Notes under the pieces: generated by a model
What the model was told of the DNA's origin: nothing
Databases searched by the model: none
What the model saw: only the letters and a program-made list of their open reading frames with translations
From: Terriglobia bacterium
GTDB taxonomy: Bacteria; Acidobacteriota; Terriglobia; JAJPHL01; JAPKYU01
Direction of reading: 5' to 3'
Assembly (NCBI GenBank): GCA_965206645.1
Contig: CBDBKE010000004.1
Location: 1,184,001-1,248,000, forward strand
Length of the DNA: 64,000 bases
In this document: piece after piece, positions 18,771 to 28,517 of the stretch
How positions within the stretch are numbered: the stretch's first letter is position 1
Layout: each line of letters begins with the position of its first letter
Translations under genes and position numbers: made by a program

Positions 18771-19679
18771 TTATTGGTCCACCTTCCATGGTAGTCCATA
18801 CGCCGTTGCAGCCGGGTGGAGCGGAGCGGAACCCGGCGGTAACGGCAGGATCACTTCCGGGGCTGGCGGCCGGTAGCCCAACGCGCTGTGCGGGCGAACT
18901 CTGTTATACTCCCGCCGCCATCCCTCAATCAACACCTTCGCTTCCCGCAAGGTGTAAAAGATCTCTCCATTCAGAAGCTCGTCTCGAAACTTCCCGTTAA
19001 ACGATTCCACATACCCGTTTTCCCAGGGGCTCGCAGGCTCGATGAACAGGGTTTTCACCCCGACCCGTTCCAGCCAGTCCCGTACCAACCGAGCGGTGAA
19101 CTCGGACCCATTATCCGAGCGAAGGTAATCGGGAACTCCCCGCTCCACAAACAAGGCTGCTAGCCGTTCCAAAACACTCATCGAATCGGCTCGCCGTTCT
19201 ACGTCGATCGCCAAACACTCTCGCGTGTATTCATCCACCACCGTCAAGATCTTCAGTGGACGACCATCGTGGGTTCGATCTGCCACAAAATCGTACGCCC
19301 AGACATGATCCTGCCAGCACGGTCTTAACCGAAGGCACGACCCATCGTTCAACCACAGCCGGCCTCTGCGGGGCTGTTTCTTCGGCACTTTCAGTCCCTC
19401 CTGCCGCCAGATTCTCTCTACCCGCTTGTGGTTCACCCGCCACCCCTCCCGGCGCAACAGCGCCGTGATCCGCCGATAGCCATAACGGCCGTACTCGCCG
19501 GCTAACTGCAGCGTCCGAGTTGCCAGGCTCGGTTCATCCTGTGGCGCCAAGGTTCGATGCCGTTGCGTGGATCGATTCTGTCCTACCACCCGACACGCCC
19601 GCCGCTCCGACACCCCCATGGCTTGGCAGACATGCTTCACTGCCTGCCGCCGTCGGGGCGGGCTCAGAAGTTTCCCGAG
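18771..19679 (-). CDS. IS3 transposase OrfB (DDE)
   Basis: WAYDF, RSDNGSEF, ESFNGKFRDE, RPHSALGYRPP. Confidence 0.92.
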   Translation of the reverse strand, partial: LGKLLSPPRRRQAVKHVCQAMGVSERRACRVVGQNRSTQRHRTLAPQDEPSLATRTLQLAGEYGRYGYRRITALLRREGWRVNHKRVERIWRQEGLKVPKKQPRRGRLWLNDGSCLRLRPCWQDHVWAYDFVADRTHDGRPLKILTVVDEYTRECLAIDVERRADSMSVLERLAALFVERGVPDYLRSDNGSEFTARLVRDWLERVGVKTLFIEPASPWENGYVESFNGKFRDELLNGEIFYTLREAKVLIEGWRREYNRVRPHSALGYRPPAPEVILPLPPGSAPLHPAATAYGLPWKVDQ

Positions 19680-19942
19680 GATGTCTCCTTCAGAATCGCA
19701 AGGTCCAACGCCTGATCTGCTACCAACTTCTTCAGTCGGCCATTCTCCCCTTCCAGTTCCTTCAGACGCCTCACCTGATCCACTCGTAAGCTCCCGTACT
19801 CCTTCCGCCATCGGTAATAGGTCTGCTCCGTAATTCCCAACTTCCGACAGACCCCTCCCGTTGTCTGGCCCTTGGCCAGCTCCACTTCCGCCTCTCGTAG
19901 ATGTCGGATGATCTGTTCGGCTGGATATCGCTTCTTCGGCAT
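19664..19942 (-). CDS. IS3 transposase OrfA
   Basis: MPKKRYPAEQIIRHLREAE...EQTYYRWRKEYG; GGGAAAC slippery site. Confidence 0.92.
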   Translation of the reverse strand: MPKKRYPAEQIIRHLREAEVELAKGQTTGGVCRKLGITEQTYYRWRKEYGSLRVDQVRRLKELEGENGRLKKLVADQALDLAILKETSSGNF

Positions 19943-20355
19943 TCCTCCCCCCTTCCATGTCCAGTCCGTACCCTAACCTCTAACTTATCAACTGGACCGA
20001 TTGAAGGGGGGCAGGTCAATCTAGCTTTCGAGGGCGGTCGAAGAACGCATAGCGCGACGCCATGGCGACGCCCTTTTCTGCGTCCCATTCTTCCAGAAGC
20101 AGATTGGTAATCTTCCTATATATAGTCCTGGCGCAGGCAACTTTACTTGGCGCTCATACAACCATAGCGCCCCGTAGGGGGCACAGGGTCGCAGCCGCTT
20201 CTAGGGATACCCCAAGGCGCACAGGTGGTCTAGACGCCCCTCGATGGCGCGGAGCCTGTGCAGCTGGCTGCGTCCGCCGGCATTTCTGACCTCTTCGCTT
20301 CTCGGGGGGCTTCGGTTTTGGGTGCTTCCGCAATCAACTGTTGGCAGGTCAGGTC

Positions 20356-21039
20356 TCAGGAAGGGGGGATCTCCTCGGGATAGTCGAACGGGTCTTCCAC
20401 CTCCACTACTTCCGCCGCCCGGATGAACTCACGATTCCACCGGAAATAGACGAATGCCGAGACCGCACCTAGTCCGAAACCGATGGCGTGGGTCCGGCAG
20501 CTGACGTTTTCCTGAAGCGTCGACGGCAACAGGACCACCAGTACGATGCCTACCGCCCGCACGACCCGCTTCCCGAGACCCAGGCTGCGATCCACGAGCA
20601 GGTTCATGCTCAGCCAGAAACCCACCATCCAATAGACCAATCCTGACGCCCCCACCAAACTGACCTCGGGAGGATAGGTCAGCAGGGAAAGATAGTTAGT
20701 CAACCCGGCCAGAGCCAGACCCAGAACCGGGAAGACCCAGAAGCCGAAGTATCCAAAGAGTAGATAGCTGAAGAAGGCGAGGAAGATGGCGTTGGAGAGA
20801 AAGTGCGCCATGTCCGTGTGCACCACTATGGCCGTCATCAGTCTCCAGTATTCATGTTCCTCTAGAGCCCCTTCCGAAGTGGCGGCAAGAGTCGGAAGGA
20901 GAGCCGCTCCGTTCTGCCAGGCTAGCAGGGAAATCCCCAGAATCGTCAAGACGGAGAGTGCCCCAACTTCCAGGCTGTACTCGCGCGGCTTTCGCGACAG
21001 GAGAGTCTCTAGGACACGGCGGGACGGAAAACTTTCCAT
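20356..21039 (-). CDS. Rhomboid-family intramembrane serine protease
   Basis: EYWRL, H....HFLSN, VGASG (catalytic Ser), THAIGF.LG (catalytic His). Confidence 0.88.
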   Translation of the reverse strand: MESFPSRRVLETLLSRKPREYSLEVGALSVLTILGISLLAWQNGAALLPTLAATSEGALEEHEYWRLMTAIVVHTDMAHFLSNAIFLAFFSYLLFGYFGFWVFPVLGLALAGLTNYLSLLTYPPEVSLVGASGLVYWMVGFWLSMNLLVDRSLGLGKRVVRAVGIVLVVLLPSTLQENVSCRTHAIGFGLGAVSAFVYFRWNREFIRAAEVVEVEDPFDYPEEIPPS

Positions 21040-21223
21040 GACCTAATCTTACCGCAGCGAAGGCGGAGGCTGCGGTCACGGTTCAGCTTCCCCCAAAGTT
21101 CCCGGTTTCCAATCCGGGTTCCCCTGCTAGTTTGTTAGGAACGCCCCACGATCGCGCAGGATAGCCCACTACGCCTCCTGATATGGTTGGACTGGCATAG
21201 CAGCCTAAGACAAAGCGGGAGTC

Positions 21224-21322
21224 CGGATAGGTCCACACTAACGGGCTAGTGTTTACCTATCTTCTGCCTGGATGGCGTGACGCGGATTAGTAAACGCCAA
21301 CCGACTAGTGGGGGCCTATCCG
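21224..21322. repeat. ~100-bp imperfect palindrome (attC-like)
   Basis: CGGATAGG..CACTAAC...GTGTTTAC / GTAAACGC...TAGTG..CCTATCCG; left arm closely matches the reverse complement of 9431-9452. Confidence 0.6.
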
Positions 21323-21726
21323 CTCGAAGTGGCCGGTCAGCGACGGCTAGTGAACGCCACCAAAAGGGCGATGCCAATGACTACGATAAGCCAAATTGGA
21401 ACGCTAATCTCCTGGAACACTCGTGCCCTCCTCGAGTGGAGCGCAGTGTAGTGCTTTGTTCTGAGGTAAGTCAATGGGCTACGCGGTTGAGGTCAAGCAA
21501 TGACGGCTGCGGCCCAGTTTGTGGAACGATACAGCGCGAACGTCCCGATGGGCCGCATGGGACAGGATAGCAAGGAAGTGAAGGGAGCTCACTTCAGCAG
21601 CCTCCCCCTATGTCACCGGGCACAATCTCGCCGTCGACGGTGGGCTGACCGCGTGCTAGGCTTAGGCTAATGAACGTGGCAGGTCCGCCACCTGCCGACC
21701 GCGCTAAGAAAAAAGGAGATGATCCT

Positions 21727-23337
21727 ATGACGCCCAGTCGAGCACAGAATGCCATGTTTCGTCTGAGTATCTTGTGTCTGGCAGTTCTGCTGTTTCCTCT
21801 CGCGGGCGGAACCCGCGGGGCGGATTCATTAGAGGGACTGGATGCCAGCATGTCGCAGCGCGTTCACCCCGTGCTGATTCGCAACGACCATAACGCACTG
21901 CTGCAGGTAGTTGTGGAAGTAAAGCAGAAGGAGGACGTCCGTCTGCGGTCCGTCGCATTCTCTCTCGACGGGACCGACAACTTGAGCGATCTGGAATCTC
22001 TGGAGCTGTTCTATACCGGCGAAAAGCGCGAGTTTGCAACTGAAACTGTATTTGGCAAGCCGGCCCAGCCGGCTGCCAGGATCTCTTTCCGCGGGGATCA
22101 AACCTTACGCGCCGGGACGCACGTGTTCTGGTTGTCTTGCAGGTTGAGGTCGAAGGCCGGCTTGTCCCGCAAAGTGGATGCAGCCTGCACGTCGATTGAC
22201 ACCACGGCAGGAAAGCTGACCCCGCGCGATCAATCGCCTGGAGTGCGCAAGCGAATCGGCATCGCGCTGCGCAAGCACAATGACGACGGCGTTCACACCT
22301 ATCGCATCCCCGCGCTGACGACTACGCCAAAGGGCACGTTGCTGTGCGTGTATGACATGCGGTGGCGGAAGTCGCGTGATCTGCAGGAGGACATCGACGT
22401 CGGGCTCAGCCGCAGCACCGATGGCGGCCGGACGTGGGAATCGCCCCGCGTCATTATGGACATGGGTGAATATGACGGGCTTCCCCAGGAACAAAACGGA
22501 GTCGGCGACCCGGGAATCATTGTCGACCAGAAGACCGGCGAAATCTTTAGCTTTGCGGTATGGATGTGGGGCAAGCCCGGCAAGCATCAATGGAGAGGAG
22601 ACGGGTCCGAACCGGGTTACGAAATCGGCAAGAGTGCCCAACTCATGCTGGTTCGCTCGAAGGACGACGGCCGCACCTGGACAAAGCCCGAGAACATGAC
22701 CCGCAAGTTGAAAAAGGCCGAATGGTGGCTGCTCGCTCCGTCGCCGCAACAAGGAATCAACCTGGCCGACGGCACGCTTGTGATGCCCTCGGAGGGGCGC
22801 GATGAAAAGGGAGTGCCCTTTGCCAACCTCATGGTCAGCCGCGACCACGGCGCCACTTGGACCGTCAGCACTCCCTCCTTCAGTGGAGGGAACGAATGCC
22901 AGGCGGTGCAGCTGGGTGACGGCTCGATCATGCTGAACATGCGCAACGATCATGAACGGTATCGCGCCGTGTACGTGACGCACGATCTCGGCCAGACATG
23001 GCATCCGCACGAAACGAATCGCAACACGCTGATCGAACCGAACTGCAATGGCAGCTTGTATCGGGTCGATTACGGGAGGGCAGGCGAGAAAAAGCGGCTG
23101 CTGCTTTTTTCCAACCCGCATACGCAGAAAGGCCGGACCCACCAGACCATTCAAGTCAGTTTCGACGACGGCCGCACCTGGCCGGAGAAAAGCCATCTTC
23201 TGCTGGACGAAGGCCTGGGACGTGGCTATCCGAGCATCACACGCATTGACGACCAGCACATCGGCATTGTCTACGAAGGCAGCCAGGCCGATCTGGTATT
23301 TGAGAAGATTTCGTTGGATGAACTGCTGAAGCGGTGA
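21727..23337 (+). CDS. Secreted exo-alpha-sialidase (GH33, BNR/Asp-box)
   Basis: YRIP motif; Asp boxes SRSTDGGRTW, SKDDGRTW, SRDHGATW, SFDDGRTW; signal peptide; RBS AAAGGAG. Confidence 0.92.
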   Translation: MTPSRAQNAMFRLSILCLAVLLFPLAGGTRGADSLEGLDASMSQRVHPVLIRNDHNALLQVVVEVKQKEDVRLRSVAFSLDGTDNLSDLESLELFYTGEKREFATETVFGKPAQPAARISFRGDQTLRAGTHVFWLSCRLRSKAGLSRKVDAACTSIDTTAGKLTPRDQSPGVRKRIGIALRKHNDDGVHTYRIPALTTTPKGTLLCVYDMRWRKSRDLQEDIDVGLSRSTDGGRTWESPRVIMDMGEYDGLPQEQNGVGDPGIIVDQKTGEIFSFAVWMWGKPGKHQWRGDGSEPGYEIGKSAQLMLVRSKDDGRTWTKPENMTRKLKKAEWWLLAPSPQQGINLADGTLVMPSEGRDEKGVPFANLMVSRDHGATWTVSTPSFSGGNECQAVQLGDGSIMLNMRNDHERYRAVYVTHDLGQTWHPHETNRNTLIEPNCNGSLYRVDYGRAGEKKRLLLFSNPHTQKGRTHQTIQVSFDDGRTWPEKSHLLLDEGLGRGYPSITRIDDQHIGIVYEGSQADLVFEKISLDELLKR

Positions 23338-23422
23338 GCATCCGGCACTTGAATGCGACCGGCCTGTGGGCCGCAGGTTCCGCAAGTGAACCACCCAACG
23401 CAGAATCTTAATGGGAGGTTTC

Positions 23423-24367
23423 ATGTCAGGGCGGAAGGTTTATTTCAATGGCGAATTCGTTTCAGAGCAGGAAGCTCGAGTGTCGATTTTCGACTCGGCC
23501 CTGATGTATGGCGACATGACTATCGTCTTCGACATCACCCGAACCTACCGGCAGAAGCCATTCAGACTTCGAGAACATCTGGAGCGAACTTATGCCGGAT
23601 TGAAATACCTGGAAATTGACTGTGGGATGACATTGGAGGAGATGGAAAAAGCTACCCTGCAGACTCTCGAGATCAACCTTCCCGCCCTCGAGGACGCTGA
23701 CGTTCAGATCATGCACGATATTTCGCGCGGCCCCCTGGAGCTATACAAGAACGTTTTTGGCGGCAAGCTTCGTCCCACCGTATCCATCAGCTGCTGGCCG
23801 TTTTGGTGGCACCTGGCGGGTTATGCGTCGCTCTATCGATCTGGAGTTAACGCGGTGGTTACCGCACAGCGCTCGGTCCCCGCCCATCTCATCGATCCGA
23901 AGGTCAAGAATAGAAGTCGCGTCTTCTACCAGATGGCGAATCTCCTGGCCCAGAAGGCTGATCCCAAAGGATGGGCCCTGCTGACGGACGACCATGGGCT
24001 GATCACCGAAGGAAGCGGATGGAATTTCTTCATTGTTCGCAGGGGGCGGGTCCTTACGCCGCGGGGACGGAACATTCTGTTGGGGATCACCCGCGGTGCT
24101 GTTTTGGAATTACTGACGAAAATGGCAACCCCCTGGAGTGAGGAAGATTTTGGGCTGTACGAGGTGGTTACCGCAGACGAGGCGTTCTGCACGGCTACCG
24201 GGTTTGCCATCATGCCCTGCACCCGCATCAACGGGCAACCCATCGGCGGTGGCCAGCCGGGAAAGTTAACTCGGAGACTGATTGCAGCCTGGAGTAAAAT
24301 GGTCGGAGTGGACATCGTGACCCAGGCAGATGAATATGCTAAGAAGGTAAAGGAGATGGAGTCGTAG
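23423..24367 (+). CDS. Class IV PLP aminotransferase (branched-chain/D-amino acid family)
   Basis: VYFNGEFV, SIFDSALMYGD, FRLREHLER, PLP Lys in DPKVKNRSR, TEGSG.NFF, ILLGITR. Confidence 0.9.
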   Translation: MSGRKVYFNGEFVSEQEARVSIFDSALMYGDMTIVFDITRTYRQKPFRLREHLERTYAGLKYLEIDCGMTLEEMEKATLQTLEINLPALEDADVQIMHDISRGPLELYKNVFGGKLRPTVSISCWPFWWHLAGYASLYRSGVNAVVTAQRSVPAHLIDPKVKNRSRVFYQMANLLAQKADPKGWALLTDDHGLITEGSGWNFFIVRRGRVLTPRGRNILLGITRGAVLELLTKMATPWSEEDFGLYEVVTADEAFCTATGFAIMPCTRINGQPIGGGQPGKLTRRLIAAWSKMVGVDIVTQADEYAKKVKEMES

Positions 24368-24393
24368 GACCGCAGCAACAGGGTGGTGAGCGC

Positions 24394-25206
24394 ATGAATA
24401 TGAGCTTTAAGGATCGGGTTGTAGTCGTCACCGGCGCGGCCATGGGAATCGGGGAGGCAGTCGCGCTCCGTTTCGCGCAGCTTGACGGAACGGTTGCTCT
24501 TCTGGACAACAACGAAGAGGCTGGCCAGAAGACCGCCAAGTCCTTGCAGGCCGAAGGTATGCGGGCAGAGTTCTTCGCCTGTGACGTCAGCACGGCGGGG
24601 CAGGTTGAGCGAGCCATTGCCTCCGTGGTCAGCAAGCTCGGCGGCATAGACGTTGTGGTTAGCAACGCTGCGATTCAGCGCTACGGCGACGTGGTGAGCA
24701 CATCCGAGGAGTTGTGGGATGAAGTGATGGCCGTCAATCTGAAAGCGTCGTTCTTGCTTTCTAAGTACGCGGTCCCCCGGATGATTGAACGGGGAGGCGG
24801 AGCCATTGTTGTTACTGGCTCCGTGCAGTCACTGGCGGCATTGGGGAATTCGGTTGCCTATGTAACCGCCAAGCACGGCTTGTTGGGCATGGTGCGGGCG
24901 ATTGCGATCGACCACGCAAAGCAGAAGATCCGGGCGAATCTTGTCTGCCCGGGCGCGATCGACACGCCTATGCTGCGCTGGTCAGCCGGGTTGGCTCCCG
25001 AACCGGATAAAGTCATCGAAGCCTGCACCCGGGCCCACGCCTTGGGGCGAATCGGCCGACCCGAAGAAGTGGCCAACGCCATTGCGTTCCTGGCCAGCGA
25101 GTGGGCTTCTTTCATAACCGGAGCGGCCCTGTTGGTGGATGGTGGCGTGTTGGCGCCGGCGGGCGGAATGGCGTTCGTTGAAAGCGGAACCGGAAGTCAT
25201 CAGTAG
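24394..25206 (+). CDS. SDR-family oxidoreductase
   Basis: VTGAAMGIG, YVTAK (YxxxK), CPGAIDTPM, GRIGRPEEVA. Confidence 0.93.
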   Translation: MNMSFKDRVVVVTGAAMGIGEAVALRFAQLDGTVALLDNNEEAGQKTAKSLQAEGMRAEFFACDVSTAGQVERAIASVVSKLGGIDVVVSNAAIQRYGDVVSTSEELWDEVMAVNLKASFLLSKYAVPRMIERGGGAIVVTGSVQSLAALGNSVAYVTAKHGLLGMVRAIAIDHAKQKIRANLVCPGAIDTPMLRWSAGLAPEPDKVIEACTRAHALGRIGRPEEVANAIAFLASEWASFITGAALLVDGGVLAPAGGMAFVESGTGSHQ

Positions 25207-25364
25207 GATTCCGTTTGTGCTTATGCTCCATTCCGCGTGTTAGTGCACTGTCCGTCCGTTCTTCTACCTTCGCATGGAGGCAGAAGGCGCCGCCACCGAC
25301 GGCGACGGGAGGCGTGATGATTAGAAGGTCAGGCGCCAGCCCTCAAAAGTCCACTTGAGCAACG

Positions 25365-26574
25365 TTACTGCCCTGCATTTACTTCGCTACTCCTCGAATG
25401 CATAGAAAAGAAATGGAGGAATTTGCTCCGTTCTTTCGTGCGGGGAGAAGAGATGCCGGCCGCAACGGCGGCGATCCGACGCAGGCTGGTGGTCAGTTGG
25501 TCATTATGGTTCTTCGAGAGCGGAACGCCGAAGTTCACGGCTTCACTCACTTGCCGGAAATCGTTAGGCAGCCGAGCGAAAATGCGGCGCTTCAGGTTCT
25601 TCTCCACGCTCTTCAGAGCCTCTTCGTCTTTGCGATGCCAGCGGTTCACGACAATCTGGATTTGGTGGGGCGCAAAGCCCGTAGAGGAAACGGCCGAAAG
25701 CTGACGGTCCAGGCTCCAGAGTGCGGGGACGTTTGCTTCTGTGATCAATGAAAATTAGGCGCGCCAGGCTCAGGACAGGCTTCCAGTCCGATGAGTAGAC
25801 CGAACCCAGATCGATCACCACGAAATCGGAAGCGCTCTGAGCCACATTGACCACTCGGGCAATGGCAGGCACGGAAAGCCTTTGCCAATGGTCCGGATGG
25901 GACGCTCCCGCCAAGACTTGCAACCCGCTCTTGTGCTTCACCAGAAGTCCACCCAAGAAGTGGCTGTCCAGGCGCTCCAGGTTTTCAACGGCATCACGAA
26001 TTGAGAATTTCGGCTGCAGATCCAGCAGCAAAGAGACATGGCCCAAAGGGCGGGCCAAGTCAAACAGAACCACACGCTTGCTGGTGAGCTGGGCAAGTTG
26101 GACGCCTAAATTAACCGCGACTGTGCTCGTACCGACGCCACCCTTCGCACCCATCACTACGATCACTTTTGTTCCGTCTTCGGCTTGCCCGGTTTCGCGT
26201 TCCTGGCGGAAACGCTCCAGGATTGCTTCCAGCGCTCCTGGCTGAACGGGTTTGGGTAGGAATTCCTGCACTCCAGTCCGCATGGCTTTCAGGAGCAACT
26301 CTGGATCCGGAGTTTTCCAGGGGGAGCAGGCGACGATGCGTACGGTCGGACGGCAACGCCGGAGTTGGTCCGCCAGGGAAAAGTAAGGTTCGGTGTCAGA
26401 ATAGAGGTCCAACAGGACCACGTCCGGCACCGTCTCTCCTGAGCCAAGCTGCCAGTCACCTTTGCTGGGTAGGGTCCATTCCGCAACGGAGCTTACAAGC
26501 CCCGTTTGCTCGAGCAATGCTCGGAAAGTTCCGCTGCTTGTCGCGTCTTTGCTGGCAATAGCTGTGGTTAGCAT
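25365..26574 (-). pseudogene. cpaE: CpaE/TadZ-like Flp pilus assembly protein (receiver + MinD-type ATPase), frameshifted near 25750
   Basis: LLKAMRTGVQEFLPKP, GAKGGVGTSTVAVN, LLLDLQPKFSI.DAVEN; C-terminus (VVNR...LPNDFRQVSEAVNFGVP) is in another frame. Confidence 0.8.
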
Positions 26575-27050
26575 AAGATTGGTCCTTTCAGTGCTGTTCC
26601 CTTTTCAGCGCCATGGACTTCATCTGGGGACTCACCGGGAGAATCCGTAGAAACTCCGGGAGGGATCTGCGGGTCTTCCGCGCCGCAACCATCGCGCAGA
26701 ACAGCGCCGCCATGGTCTGGGTCCTTTGGGTCCTTGTGCTGTCCATAACAGTGCCTAGTTAAACGGAGCCGCAGCAAATGGCCAATAGGCCCACAGTTAC
26801 ATTTTTGCTTAGTACTTTTGGACTAGCGGGCGCGCGCCTAGCGGGTGGGAATCACGGCAGGGTGGCGGGGCTTCTCCACCGTGTGAGCAACGCCGCGCCA
26901 CGGAGGGTATAGCTGAGCAATGGGTCGGCCCGCCTGCCCGCTGGTGGCACAGCCAGGGGAGTTCGGGTGAGATGCGCAGACGCGACCCCTTCGCGGAGAA
27001 AAAGGGGTGTCAGCCGCCTTGGCGACCTTCCTCGGGGGGCCTTTTGAGGA

Positions 27051-28508
27051 TTAAGCCAGCGCTTCCTCGATCACCTTGCCACCGTTGATGGTAGCTCGCT
27101 CGGCCCTGCCGTTGTGCATGAAAGTCAGATTGAGATGGTTCAGGCCCATCAGGTGCAGTATGGTGGCGTGGATATCGTGGACATGGCAAGGGCGTTCGAC
27201 GGCGCGGAGTCCGATTTCGTCGGTGGCGCCAATGGCCTGACCACCCTTAACGCCGCCGCCAGCCATCCAGAGCGTGAAACCCCAGGGGTTGTGGTCGCGG
27301 CCGTCGCCCTTTTCGTTGAATGGCGTGCGACCGAACTCGCCGCCCCACACCACGAGCGTCCTCTCCAGCAGGCCGCGGGCCTTCAGGTCGGTTAGCAGGC
27401 CAGCGATGGGCTTGTCGGAGACCTTGCACATCTTCGAGTGGTTACCTTCCACGTCCTCATGGGCATCCCAGGCCCTGCCGCTGCCACAATACGATTCTAC
27501 AAATCGCACGCCGCGCTCCACCAGCCGACGGGCCATCAAGCAGTTAGCGCCAAACTTGGCGGTGTGCTCCTCATCCAAGCCATAAAGCTTCCTGGTAGTC
27601 TCGGATTCCTTCGATAGATCTACCGCCTCGGGAGCCGCCGACTGCATTCGATAGGCTAGCTCATAGGCATTCACCCGGGCTTCCAACTCCGTGTCGCCGA
27701 ACTTGTCAGCGGCGTAGTGCTGGTTCAAGGCGGACAGCAGGTCCAACTTGCTACGCTGTTGTTTTTCGCCTATGGTTTCGGGAGGGACCAGATGGAAGAT
27801 TGGGGGACCTTCCTTGCGGAAGCGCGTTCCCTGGTAACTAGCGGGCAAGAAGCCGGAGCTCCAGTTCTTGGAGCCGCCGACCACTGGACCCGCGTCGGTA
27901 AGAATCACGAAGGTGGGCAGATTCTCATTTTCCGAACCTAGCCCGTAGGTCACCCAGGCGCCCAAGGCAGGCCGCCCGGCCAGGAGCGACCCGGTATTCA
28001 TCTGGCTATTTGCAGGTAGGTGGGAAATGCCATCGGACCAACATGACCGCAGGACAGCGATGTCATCGACGTGCTGGGCGATCCGGGTATACCAGTCAGA
28101 CACCCAGATGCCGCTTTGGCCGTAGCGCTTCCAGGTTCGGCGCGAGGGCATGAGCGTGTTCGAAGCACTCCGCTCTAAAGTGTCGCCTCCAGCAGTGATG
28201 GGCCGGCCAAATGAATCCGGCATCGGCTGGCCCGCCAGCTTTTCCAGCATCGGCTTGGGATCGAACAGGTCCACATGACTGGGCCCGCCTTCCATGAAAA
28301 GCCAAATGACCGACGTAGCTTTGGGTTGATGGTGCGGTTGCTTCGGAGCCAGAGGATTAGCAGTGGCCGCTGCCGCCATTGGGGGGAATCTGCCATCCTG
28401 GCCGAGCAGACAGCCCAGCGCCAAGGCGCCCAGGCCGCTGCCAGCGCGGTTGAGAAACTCGCGTCGGGTTCGGACGGGAACGATATGAAGTCCGTTTTTT
28501 TGCATCAT
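27051..28508 (-). CDS. DUF1501-domain protein with Tat-like signal
   Basis: TRREFL, VIWLFMEGGPSHVDLFDPKP, ARRLVERGVRFV, WDAH, WGGEFGRTP, GRDHN. Confidence 0.92.
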   Translation of the reverse strand: MMQKNGLHIVPVRTRREFLNRAGSGLGALALGCLLGQDGRFPPMAAAATANPLAPKQPHHQPKATSVIWLFMEGGPSHVDLFDPKPMLEKLAGQPMPDSFGRPITAGGDTLERSASNTLMPSRRTWKRYGQSGIWVSDWYTRIAQHVDDIAVLRSCWSDGISHLPANSQMNTGSLLAGRPALGAWVTYGLGSENENLPTFVILTDAGPVVGGSKNWSSGFLPASYQGTRFRKEGPPIFHLVPPETIGEKQQRSKLDLLSALNQHYAADKFGDTELEARVNAYELAYRMQSAAPEAVDLSKESETTRKLYGLDEEHTAKFGANCLMARRLVERGVRFVESYCGSGRAWDAHEDVEGNHSKMCKVSDKPIAGLLTDLKARGLLERTLVVWGGEFGRTPFNEKGDGRDHNPWGFTLWMAGGGVKGGQAIGATDEIGLRAVERPCHVHDIHATILHLMGLNHLNLTFMHNGRAERATINGGKVIEEALA

Positions 28509-28517
28509 GGCCTGCTC

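Larger units (their letters stand above)
18757..20018 (-). mobile_element. IS3-family insertion sequence
   Basis: Ends TGACCTGCCCCCGG... and ...GGGGGGCAGGTCA; no target duplication seen. Confidence 0.92.

Noticed and set aside
20286-20352. Tiny element with IS3-like TGACCT...AGGTCA ends
   Set aside because: Only ~6-7 bp of complementarity and no target duplication; could be chance.
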